DNA from: Octopus sinensis
Taxonomy: Eukaryota
Assembly: GCF_006345805.1 (NCBI RefSeq)
Contig: NC_043013.1
Span: 1,922,001-1,986,000 of the forward strand
Direction of reading: 5' to 3'
DNA length: 64,000 nucleotides
In this document: positions 27,880 to 39,926 of the stretch, piece by piece
Layout: each line of letters opens with the position of its first letter
Position numbering within the stretch: the stretch's first letter is position 1
Translations under genes and position numbers: made by a program
Notes under the pieces: model-generated
The model's input: the letters and a program-made list of their open reading frames with translations, nothing else
Told to the model about the DNA's origin: nothing
Databases searched by the model: none

Positions 27880-27987
27880 ATGACCAAGTAAAATTCAGCA
27901 GAGGATTATAAAGGTTAGCAGCTTGAGTAACAAAATTCAATACTTTTGCATTGAAAAACTGGAAATATTTTGATATTCAATACTTAC

Positions 27988-28048
27988 CTCTTTTCAATGG
28001 CCTTGGTTTTTGTAACTTTGAAGTACGCGGAGCACGACCTTTGCATAT
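27988..28048 (-). CDS. Candidate internal exon 3 (ICKGRAPRTSKLQKPRPLKR), phase 0-1
   Basis: Acceptor gatttttgtttag| and strong donor AAGAG|gtaagt; 61 nt; two frames open, frame 0 joins exon 4 in frame. Confidence 0.65.
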
Positions 28049-28337
28049 CTAAACAAAAATCAATTTCATTCGTAAGTAAATGAATAAAAATGAACTTTAA
28101 AAGATATGCATGTGTATATTAAAATAATATAATCAATAAAAAAAAAGAAAATATTGGTAAATTGCATAATTTAAATGAGAAATCAAAATGTGAAAAAAAT
28201 TAACACAAAAGGCAAGTCTGGGCTGTATTCCAATAAAATGCAGCATTTAAATTACTTTTGGGCTGTTTCATAATATTCTCTTCGATTTTAGCTTCTTTCA
28301 CTGACTTGTTCAAAGTCCTTGCTCAATTTACAAATAT

Positions 28338-29050
28338 GAGTTGTAAATGAGTTTCACTGTCCTACAAGCAGTGTCATTCATTTCCAAGAGTAGACACTAA
28401 AACACTGATGATGATTTAATTATACGAGGGTGAGTCAAAAAGTAATGCCATTTTGTTTAGGACAGGTATAATTACCAACACAGGAACATGTATCATACAT
28501 CAAAATGAAGCTGGTCCTCTGTGCATCACATCCTTACTTCTTAACATAGTCACCGTTTCTCTCAATAGCAATGTTCCACCTTCAAATGAGAGCATGTATC
28601 CCTGCCCCGTAAAATTCTGTTGACTGTTCTTCTTCTCTACAGTTTTCACTTCCTCGTCTCTGGACTATCATCTCTTCAGCCCCATGAAAGAGGGTTTGAG
28701 AGGCAAGCATTATTCCAGTGACAAGGGAGTGAAAACTGTAGTGAAGAAGTGGCTCAAAGAACAGTCAACAGAATTTTACAGGGCAGGGATACATGCTCTC
28801 ATTCGAAGGTGAAACATTGCTATTGAGAGAAACAGTGACTATGTTGAGAAGTAAGGATGTGATTCACAGAGGACCAGCTTCATTTTGATGTATAATACAT
28901 GTTCCTGTGTCGGTAATTATACCTGTCCTAAACAAAATGCCATTACTTTTTGACTCACCCTCGTATAATTAAATCATCATCAGCGTTTTAATGTCTACTC
29001 TTGGAAATGAATGACACTGCTTGTAGGACAGTGAAACTCATTTACAACTC
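28338..29050. repeat. Foldback palindrome: ~294-bp arms, ~125-bp loop, made of a mariner 3' end plus its flank
   Basis: 28338-28631 is the reverse complement of 28757-29050 with few mismatches; plus strand ~28670-28850 encodes the mariner C-terminus (DYHLFSPMKEGLRGKHYSSD...IAIERNSDYVEK*). Confidence 0.9.
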
Positions 29051-29424
29051 TCACATGAGACAAGGAGACACAAACACACACACAATGGGTTTCTTTCAGT
29101 TTCCATCAACCAAGTGCACTCAAAAGGTTTGGTCAGCCCAGGGCTACAGTAAAAGACATTTGCTCAAGGTGCCATACAATGGGACTGAACCTGAAAAAAT
29201 GCAATTGGAAAGTGATCCACTCAACCACCCAGCCACACCTGTGCCTCCAATATAAAACTAATCAATTCAGTGTAGAAGCAAACACCATAAATTCCAGTAA
29301 ATTCCAGGACATTTTTTTCCAATTTTGAGTAAAAATTACATAAGTATAATAATTCTGGAAGATTGTTCTTTTGGAGTTAAAATTAGAAAAATTAGTCCTC
29401 CATGATTACAAAGTAATATATTTG

Positions 29425-29730
29425 AGAGATGAGGAATTATTTACATTTGATGGATATTTGTCCTCTTCTTGTTTGTTGTTAACACAACGTTTCAGCTGAT
29501 ATACCCTCCACCCTTCATCAGGTGTCTTGGGGAAATTTCAAACCTGGGTTCCCATTCCTAAGGTATTTTTCGATATTATTATTATTATTATTATTATTCA
29601 GGTCACTGCCTGGAATCGAACTCAGAATCTTGGGGGTTAGTAGCCCGTGCTCTTAGCCACTATGCCATATGTTAACAACAAACAAAATGTGGACAAATAT
29701 TCATCAAATGTAAATAATGTAAATAATATA
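29425..29730 (-). mobile_element. tRNA-headed element with Penelope-type hammerhead tail, plus a short inverted copy of its tail at the 5' side
   Basis: Head 29599-29670 with A box tggcatagtgg and B box agttcgattcc, (AAT)n, hammerhead motif 29481-29526; 29671-29717 inverts ~29436-29482. Confidence 0.7.
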
Positions 29731-30730
29731 AAGTAAACTGATGTCGGAAAAAGTCAAAATACTCTTGACTAGTTTAATTTTAAAATTTTAAAATTCAGAT
29801 TCCTAATTAAATCTTCGTTACGGATAAAACTTGGCAGTATTAAAGATTTGAATCAAGCAGTGGATACAGTTTCATTTATTCCTTCATTGGTTTCGGTCAT
29901 TTGGCTGTGGCCATGCTGGAGCACTGCCTCTAGTTGAATGAATCAATCTCAGAACTTATTCTTTGTAAGCCTCGTACTTAATCTATCGTTCTCTTTTGCC
30001 AAACTGCTAAGTTATGGGGACGTAAACACACCAACATCAGTTGTCAAGCGATGGTGGGGAAGACAAACACAGACACACACACACACATAGTAAATCCAAA
30101 AAAAGAACAAACACAAAAAAAAACACAACGCAAGGATGAAGTACATGTAAAGCATTAGCAGATGCTCAGAGAGGGAAAGAAAGAGGGTTTTAATGTTTTG
30201 AGCAAGTGCTCTTCTTCAGAAACAGAGGAAAGTCCAATAGAAGGGAAGGGGGAAGAAAATTGCCAACAATTCACATGTGGTTACATTTTGAAAGCTTCTT
30301 TCAGTTTCCATCTACCAAATCCACTCACAAGGCTTTGGTTGGCCCAAGGTTATAGTTGAAATCACTTGTCCAAGGTGCAACGCAGTGGGACTGAACCCAG
30401 AACCATGTGGTTGGGAAGCAAGCTTCTTACCACACAACTATGCCTGTTCATAATACTGGTTTCAATTTTTGGCACAATGCCAGCAAGATAGAGGGGTGGT
30501 GTAAAGTTGATGACATCAGCCTCAGTATTCAACTGGTATTTCTTTTATTGACCCCAAAAAGATGAAAGGCAAAGTCAATCTTGGCAGGATTTAGGACAGG
30601 AATTATGCAATGTGCTTCATTAGCTTACAGCTGTTTCTGCTATAAGGTGCACTTGGAGCTGAGTGCATGTGCATCACCTTACAGTGTCCTCAAGTGCATG
30701 TTTATTTGAGAAAACATTAAATACGTATAC

Positions 30731-30763
<33 letters not shown>

Positions 30764-31689
30764 ATATATATATTAATGACCGTCCTGCACACACTGTAAG
30801 GTGGTTGCCATTTGGAAGGGCATCCTGCTGTAAAAACCTTGCCAAAACTGACCTCTCTGGTGCTTGTGCCATGTAAAAAGCACAAAGTCCACTCTGCTGG
30901 GTGATTGGTGTTAGGAAGGGCATCCAGCTGTAAAAATCCTGCCAAAACAGTCACATAAGTCTGGTGCAGGCTGGCCTGCTCTTGTCAAGCTGTCCACCCA
31001 TACTGGCATGGATGGAAGGGGATGGTAAACAATGATGATGCCCCCAATGCCCAATCAGTTTCTTAATATAGCCTGTACTTTAAATGCACATTGCATATCC
31101 ACCTGATCACAGTCCCACTTCATATTTGGCTTCCCAAACTCTATATTTTAGGCTAAACTGAATTTATATAAATGACAGAATTCAATTTTTGTGAACACAT
31201 TTTTGCTGCCAATAAATTCATTATCTCAATATCAATCTATCAGATGTTATTTCCTCTCCTCTCTTCTTGTCCCTTGACGTGATGTCATTTCCTCTCTTCC
31301 CTTCTGGTCCCTTTATTGAATTGAGCATCTTCCAATCAACTGTCCTGCTAACGATATCAGTTAAATGAAAGCATTTACTACACATGTAGTGTTTTATCAC
31401 AACCCGCTTGATACCATTTTTGTTAAATAAATCTACATATCTAGTGTTATGGCTCTATTATTACCTAATTGGCAACTAACCAATAATTACCAAATCAATG
31501 TCTAATCTTGAATGAGAAGGCAATCATTTGGGAATATTCTGGTTAAAAAGCAAAACAAAACTATAACATTTTTTTTAGATAATTCCCTAATTCAGTAAAC
31601 AACTGCGTAAGCTGTAATTTTTTTTTTTAAATCAATGATTATTTCAAAAGTAAATTAATGTAGTGTGGAGGAAGGATGAGTGACTGGAA

Positions 31690-32212
31690 GAAAGAAGGGA
31701 GAGGAAATAACATCACATCAAGGAAAAAGAAGGGAGGAAAGGAAATGACATCATGTTAAGGGACCGGAAGAGAGAAGAGGTGGTGTCAAGTCAAGGGACC
31801 AGTAAGGAGAGGAAATGACATTACGTCAAGGGACCAAAAGGGAGGAGGCAAAATGACATCATGTCAAAGGAGGAAATGACATGACGTCAAGGAACAGGAA
31901 GGGAGGAGAAGAAATGACATCATGTCAAGAGACTGGAAGAGAGAAGAAATTACATCAAGTCAAGGAACCGCAAGGGAGAAGTGACGTCAAGTCAAGGGAC
32001 CAGAAGGGAAGAGAGGAAATGACATTACGTCAAAGGACAGGAAAGGAGAGGAAGTGACATGAAGTCAAGGGACCAGAAGAGAGAGAAAGTGACATCATGT
32101 CAAGGGACCAGAAGGAAGGACAGGAAATGACATCACATCAAGGGACAAGAAGAGAAAGGAAGTGATGTCAAGTCAAGGGATTAGAAGGGAGAGGAAATGA
32201 CATCATGTCAAG
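31690..32212 (+). repeat. Degenerate purine-rich tandem array, ~15 units of ~35 bp (consensus ~aggaa(a/g)tgacatcacgtcaagggaccagaagggag); short inverted copy at ~31252-31315
   Basis: Units read directly; followed by a segment containing agggttagggttag. Confidence 0.85.
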
Positions 32213-33189
32213 AAGTGACAGGGTAAATAGCCCCTTTCTTAAGGATGTGTTGCAAGTGACTGACATGTGTTTGGAGTGATGATAGGGTTAGGGTTAGTCC
32301 CTTCTGGTCACAGGTTGGGGACAGCTTATGCATGGATACAACTGTGGGATCTTGCCTTACAACAACATGTAGGTTGAAATGCTTTCCACGTCTGATGAAT
32401 AGGAACAAAATGAATGAAAATTCAAACAAACAAACAACAGTAAGGTTTCCATAAAAACAAAAATCATTGTTTAAATAATTACAATTATCAAATTTTGTTC
32501 TTAAATCATATTGTTATTTGAATTAATAACATTTTATACGTAATACCAAAGCCTGTCTGAAAATGAAGCTCAACTTTTAAAAAACAGCAAGCCAACCAGC
32601 CAACACTGTGCTCACAACTGCACTGCTATATCTGGGTGACTGTGACTTTCAGTTGAAAAATAGCCACAGTTGTTCCGTCGTCATCATCACCATTTAATGT
32701 CCATTTTCCAATCTGGCATATATTGTAGATTTTAACAAGAGCCAAGGAGCCAGAGAACTGCATCAAGCTGCAGCATCTACTCTGGCATGGTTTCCACAGC
32801 TGGATGGCCTTTCTGACACCAACCACTTCACACCAAGGGATTCATATGACAAGATCCCTTCAACTGAAGGGGTTGTAGTATTGAGGGCGGTGGCTTTTAT
32901 GTCAGGTGATGAAAGGTTCAAGTATGACAGAGGGATAGGAACAGGTGTCTTGTACTAGAGGAGATACAAAGCCACCCCAGATTGAATGCATTCTTTTATT
33001 TATTTCAGTCATTTGACTGAGGCCATGCTGGAGCACTGCCTTTAGTCGAGCAAATCGATTCCAGGACTTATTCTATTGGTCCCTCTTGCTGAACTGCAAA
33101 GTGACGAGGACGTAAACACACCAGCATTGGTTGTCAAGTGATGTTGTGGGGACAAACACAGACACACACACACATATACATACATACAT

Positions 33190-33229
<40 letters not shown>

Positions 33230-33384
33230 GACAGGCTTCTTTCAGTTTCCATCAACCAAATCCACTCACAAGAAGACACTTACCCAAGGTGCCATGCAGT
33301 CGGACTGAACCTGGAACCATGTGGTTGGTAAGCAAGTTACTTACCACACAGTCACTCCAGCGCCTATTCAGAGAACTTAATTTG

Positions 33385-33610
33385 TTGCAAGATGAAACAA
33401 AGATTTGAATAGGTTTGTATGAAATTCTGTTTGAGAAACTTTTGTAAAACCTTTTCTAATAATGCAACAAGCCTATAGGTAGGATTGTCTGGGTTGTATG
33501 CAATGTCCTGAGTGGCGCCAACGTTTTGAAGGAAGAACATCCACTGAAAAAGGATCTCGACAATTTTCCACAACAACAACAGATAATTACACTGCAAAAG
33601 TGTGTGTTGT
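33385..33610 (+). pseudogene. Mariner transposase N-terminal (HTH) remnant
   Basis: VCMKFCLRNF... and EWRQRFEGRTSTEKGSRQFSTTTTDNYTAKV resemble mariner IKFCF and EWFKRFKEGRTSxEDDPRSGRPSTxxTDENIxKV. Confidence 0.65.
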
Positions 33611-36600
33611 CATTATTGTCGTCATCGTCATGTCCATGCTTGCACAGATCAGACAAGAGTACACATTATGGCAGAGTTTTCTATGGTTTGATAGCCTTCA
33701 TGATGCTGGCCTCCACCTGCTTCCAGGTGATGTAATAATCTCTCTGTCTGTTCAACAAATAACGGTTTGAATGTGTTTACGCAAAGAACTGGAAACAAAT
33801 GACACAGCATGAGCGAGCCTTTCTTTTATGAAGATTATGCAAGACATGTCAAGACAAGTCAAGAAACCTGGACATGCGTTTGCAGTGCACAGCAAACAAA
33901 CAACACTGACAATATAAGTAATTGTTTACGACCAGCAGAAGTGAATGAATGGGAGGACGAGGGGAACACAAACTCCTTTACACAAACACACAGATAGCAG
34001 ACAGGTTATCTGAAGAAGTTAGTGTCATCATCATCATTTAACGTCTGTTTTCCTAGTTGGCATGGGTTGGACGGTTTGATTGGGGACTGGCCAGCCAGTA
34101 GGCTGTGCCAAGCTCCAATCTGGCCTGGCAAAGTTTCTACAGCTGGATGCCCTTCCTAATGCCAACCATTCCGAGAGTGTAATGGGTGCTTTTTATGTGC
34201 CACTAGCATGAGTGCCAGTCAGGCGACACTGGCATCGACCCATGCTTGAATGGTGCTTATTACGTGCCACCAGCATGGGTGCCAGTCTGTATTATGGTTC
34301 TTAAAAATGAGAATTGAAGGTACATCATGCTGGTGCAAAATGTGGTGTGTCTGCAGAATACTGACAGCATTATCATTTAGTGTGTTTTCCATGCTGGCAT
34401 GGGTTGGATGGCTTGACAGAAGCTGTCAACCTAGAGCAGCACCAGACTCCATTTGTCCATTTTGATGTAGTTTCTATGGCTGGATACCCTTCCTAACACC
34501 TTACAATGTGTACTGGATGCGTTTTACGTGGCACCATCACAGGAGCTTTTTATGTGGCACAAGCACAGATGTGCAGAAAGAAAACCAAATCACAGTCAGT
34601 CAGAAGCAATTTTGTCATTCAAATAATAATGGAATCTTTCTGTAAGAGTCACAGAATCATAAATGTAAAGTTATTGTGTTGAAAACGAAAAGGTTAATCT
34701 TTGCAGGGAGTTGAATAATTGTTGGCATGACCAAAAAAAAAAAAAATTTTAGTCATTTAAAAGTGAATGAAGGTGAAGTTAATGTCCTTTCTGAGTTTGA
34801 AGGGCATTGTTCAAGATAAGTTTGTTTCATGTGCTTGGACACTGCTGATGTCCTGAGGTGCTTGAAAGAGATAATATGAAGGACAAGGCCTGAGGCAAAG
34901 ACAAAATAAACCTTGATGTACTACAACAATACACACTTTCCACAACCTGTTTTGGTAAAGACACAAAATGATTTGTTCCAAAGATGCCAAATTCTCCAAA
35001 TTTTCCCCTACAGATCTTTTCTTCTCCACTCCCTTTCCCTCTTCTAAGTTGTTGAAATCCACCTTGTTTTCACAGAAGGTCAATGATTTCAGACAATAAA
35101 AAGGGGATTGGAAAAAATTCCCTATGAGAACTGTGCATTACCTCCTGGAAACCCGTCAAAAACTGGGGTTGAATGTTGGGAGCAGTGTACTGAGATCAGA
35201 GGAAACCATTTTGAGGGAGAATTAAATTCTAAGTAAACCAACAAATCAGTGAGAAAATGTTTGGTCATTCAAACTTTCTGAAATTTGTCACAGACTAAGG
35301 AATAAAACAGTGTAAAGGTGTTTGTTTGTTTGTTCCTTCTTGAGCCATGTCTGGCTCATAAGGGCCGGTTTCCCGATTTCCTTGGCGTATAGGTTCCCCA
35401 CTTGGACAGGAAGCTGGTACATCGCAGGTGAGCTGCAAGATGCAGGAGGAAAGGGTGAGAGAAAGTTGTGGTGAAAGAATCAGCAGAAGTTCACCATTAC
35501 CTTCTGCTGGAGCCACGTGGAGCTTAGGTGTTTCGCTCATAAACACACAAATTGCCCGGTCTGAGATTCGAACCCGCGATCCCTCAACAGCGAGTCCAGT
35601 GCTCTAACCACTAGGCCATATGCCTCCACAGTATACTTCTATCTTTTACTTGTTTCAGTCAAAGGAATCGATCCCAATTTTTTTGTTAAACCCTGGTACT
35701 TATTCTATCAGTCTTTTTTGCCAAATGGCTAAGTTATAGGGATGTAAACACACCAACACCAGCTGTTAAGCAGTGGTGGGACACACACACACACTAGGAT
35801 TCTTTCAGTTTCTGTCTACCAAATCTGCTTACAAGGCTTTGGTTAGTCTGAGGCTATAGTACAAGACTCCTGCCCAAGATGCCACACAGAGGAATTGAAC
35901 CCAGGACCGTATGATTGGGAAGCAAACTAATGAAGAGAGCCCTCAACATTTTCTATCCAAAAGTGTTTATATTATTTATAGCTCTGTGTGACCTGCTTCA
36001 AGAACCACTCTTCCAAAACTGAATTATTTCATGATCTGTTGAAAGTTTATAAAATTCTGAGGACTTCAAAAAAAAGAACAAATTTCAACAGATTTGTTTT
36101 CTTAAGAAGATCAGCAAAACAAGAAAACCTTTTATGTGCCAGTGTTAAGAATTAACCCTTTAGCATAATCTGGTGCAAATGTTCTATATGTTTTATGTTC
36201 AAAATGGCCGGGTCTGGCCTCTCAAACCTACCCTGAAATGTCATTCTAAAAATAAACAACATCATCAAAATCTTGAAGCTATGAGATAAGCCATCATTAA
36301 TTCAAAACAATATGAATAAATAAGCATTATATTCCTATCTCCTCTAGGCACAAGGCCCAAAATTTTGGGGGAGGGGGTCAGTCAATTAAATTGACCCCAC
36401 TACGCAACTGGTACTTAAATTATTGACTCCGAAAGGATGAAAGGCAAAGTTGACCTTGGTGGAATTTGAACTCAGAACATAAAACCATGAAATAGCGCTA
36501 AGCATTTCACCTGGCATGCTAATGTTTCTGTCAGCTCGTTGCCTTTATACTATAGGTGCAAAGGCAGCAAGCTGGCAGGTATGCTCAGTGCTATTTTGCC

Positions 36601-38138
36601 TGTCACTACATTCCGAGTTCAAATTCCGCCAAGGTCAACCTTTGCCTTTCACTCTTTCGGGGTCGATAAATCAAGTGCCAGTGAAACACTGAGGGCTGAT
36701 TTAATCAACTAGCCTTCTCCCACAAAATTTCAGACCTACCGTAGAAAGGATTATATTATAGGTGCAGGCATGGCTGTGTGGTAAGTAACTTGTTTACCAA
36801 CCACATGATTCCGGGTTCAGTCCCACTGCATGGCACCTTGGGCAAGTGTCTTCTACTATAGCCTTGGGTCAACCAAAGCCTTGTGAGAGGATTTGGTAGA
36901 CAGAAACTGAAAGAAGCCAGTCGTATATAAATATATCTATGTGTGTGTGTGTGTGGTGTGTGTGTGTGTGTGTTTTTGTATCTCTGTTTGTTGCCCACCA
37001 CGGCTTGACAACTGATGTTGGTGTATTTATGTCCTTGTAACTTAGCAGTTCGGCAAAAGAGACCAATAGCATAAATACCAGGCTTGGAAAATAAGCACTG
37101 GTGTTGATTTTATTTGACCAAAATCTCTCCAAGGTAGCGTTCCAGGATGGCTGCAGTCTAATGACTGAAATAAATAAAAGACATTCTGACAGCGTAATCT
37201 GAATGCTAAAGAGTGAAGTATCCATGTAACACTTTACGTGGAACCTCTGTTAAGATCAATAAAAAGTCGTGTTCAGGAAGAGTGTCTCGGCTTTTTTGAT
37301 GTCTAAGCTTTTAGCTAAACACATTTATACAAGCTGTGTCACCTTTTCTGACAGGGAAGTTTTTATTTAAATGAAAAAAAAATACATTTTTCTGTTGTGT
37401 TGTTTAGGTTATATTGACATCCACTGTTGGATATCTTTATACATTCACTCAGGAGAAGCAAATTTTTTTTAAAACAACATCCTATAAGTTGTCTGCTTCT
37501 CAATCTTAACCAGATTATGTTATACAATTTAGAAATCCAACTCACTGCTATTGTGTCGTAATATTGATTTCTTTCTCATTGCGCAGAATGAAGAATGAGT
37601 GAATAACATTTACGACATTCATGGGGGCATTTATTGACATTAGAAACGAAGTGAATTGGTTTCAATTAGGAACTAAAACCAACTTATGGACTCAGCTCAC
37701 AAAACCCTTCTACTAATTTATAGCCTACCACCCATCGTCATGTAAAATGAGTCTGATCCCATTCAGCAGTCAGCTCGCAGCCGATTTCCAGTTATAATTT
37801 ATGATCTATGTTTACTCATTTTATAGGTTTCAGACATTTGGCTCTGGCCATGCTGGAACAACACCTTCAAGGGGTCTTTTTTTAATCATTGTCAACCCCA
37901 GTATTTTTTCTGGTACTTGTTTTATTGACATCCTGTGGTTAAAACAGCAAAAGCCAATTTTAGTCATCATCATCATCGTTTAATAATCTGTTTTCCATGC
38001 TGGCATGGGTTGGATGGTTTGACAGGAACTGGCAAGGCTGGGACCAGCACCAGGTTCCACTGTGTTTTGGCATCGTTTCTACAGTTGGATGCACTTCCTA
38101 TTGCCAACCACTTTACAGAGTTTACTGGCTGCTTTTTA

Positions 38139-39926
38139 CATGGCACCATCACCAGTGCTTACCACATGGCACCATCACCAGTGCTTACCACATGGCACCA
38201 TCACCAGTGCTTACTACATGGCACCAGCACCAGTGCTTACCACATGGCACCAGCACCAGTGCTTACCACATGGCACCATCATCAGTGCTTTTCACATGGC
38301 ACCATCACCAATGCTTACTACATGGCACCATCACCAGTGCTTACCACATGGCACCATCACCAGTGCTTACCACATGGCACCATCATCAGTGCTTTTCACA
38401 TGGCACCAGCACCAATGCTTACTACATGGCACCATCACCAGTGCTTACCACATGGCACCATCACCAGTGCTTACCACATGGCACCATCATCAGTGCTTTT
38501 CACATGGCACCAGCACCAATGCTTACTACATGGCACCATCACCAGTGCTTTTCACATGGCACCATCACCAGTGCTTACCACATGGCACCATCACCAGTGC
38601 TTACTACATGGCACCAGCACCAGTGCTTTTCACATGGCACCAGCACCAGTGCTTACCACATGGCACCATCACCAGTGCTTACCACATGGCACCAGCACCA
38701 GTGCTTACCACATGGCACCATCACCAGTGCTTACCACATGGCACCATCACCAGTGCTTACCACATGGCACCATCACCAGTGCTTACCACATGGCACCATC
38801 ACCAGTGCTTACCACATGGGACCATCACCAGTGCTTACTACATGGCACCAGCACCAATGCTTTTCACATGGCACCATCACCAGTGCTTACCACATGGCAC
38901 CATCACCAGTGCTTACCACATGGCACCATCACCAGTGCTTACCACATGGCACCATCACCAGTGCTTACCACATGGCACCATCACCAGTGCTTACCACATG
39001 GCACCATCACCAGTGCTTACCACATGGCACCATCACCAGTGCTTACCACATGGCACCATCATCAGTGCTTTTCACATGGCACCAGCACCAATGCTTACCA
39101 CATGGCACCATCACCAGTGCTTTTCACATGGCACCATCACCAGTGCTTACCACATGGCACCATCACCAGTGCTTTTCACATGGCACCAGCACCAATGCTT
39201 ACCACATGGCACCATCACCAGTGCTTTTCACATGGCACCATCACCAGTGCTTACCACATGGCACCATCACCAGTGCTTACCACATGGCACCATCACCAGT
39301 GCTTACCACATGGCACCATCACCAGTGCTTTTCACATGGCACCAGCACCAATGCTTACCACATGGCACCATCATCAGTGCTTTTCACATGGCACCATCAC
39401 CAGCGCTTTTTACATGGCACCATCACCAGTGCTTACCACATGGCACCATCACCAGTGCTTACCACATGGCACCATCACCAGTGCTTACCACATGGCACCA
39501 TCACCAGTGCTTACCACATGGCACCATCACCAGTGCTTACCACATGGCACCATCATCAGTGCTTTTCACATGGCACCAGCACCAATGCTTACCACATGGC
39601 ACCATCACCAGTGCTTTTCACATGGCACCATCACCAGCGCTTTTTACATGGCACCATCACCAGTGCTTACCACATGGCACCATCACCAGTGCTTACCACA
39701 TGGCACCATCACCAGTGCTTACCACATGGCACCATCACCAGTGCTTACCACATGGCACCATCACCAGTGCTTACCACATGGCACCATCATCAGTGCTTTT
39801 CACATGGCACCAGCACCAATGCTTACCACATGGCACCATCACCAGTGCTTACCACATGGCACCAGCACCAGTGCTTACCACATGGCACCATAACCAGTGC
39901 TTCTTACGTGACACCATCACCAGTGT
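38139..39926. repeat. 26-bp minisatellite (catggcaccatcaccagtgcttacca), ~69 copies, embedded in a minus-strand RTE-tail repeat
   Basis: Unit read directly; preceded by RTE-tail sequence at 37965-38138; the 26-aa period of all three plus-frame ORFs equals three units. Confidence 0.97.

Noticed and set aside
28250-28320. Exon ARTLNKSVKEAKIEENIMKQPK upstream of exon 3
   Set aside because: No credible acceptor and an in-frame stop immediately 5'
29599-29670. Functional tRNA gene (also 12372-12446 and the SINE heads)
   Set aside because: Acceptor stem not formed, no oligo-T terminator, continuous with repeat bodies
38139-39926. CRISPR-like array
   Set aside because: Units are contiguous with no unique spacers, no cas genes, eukaryotic context
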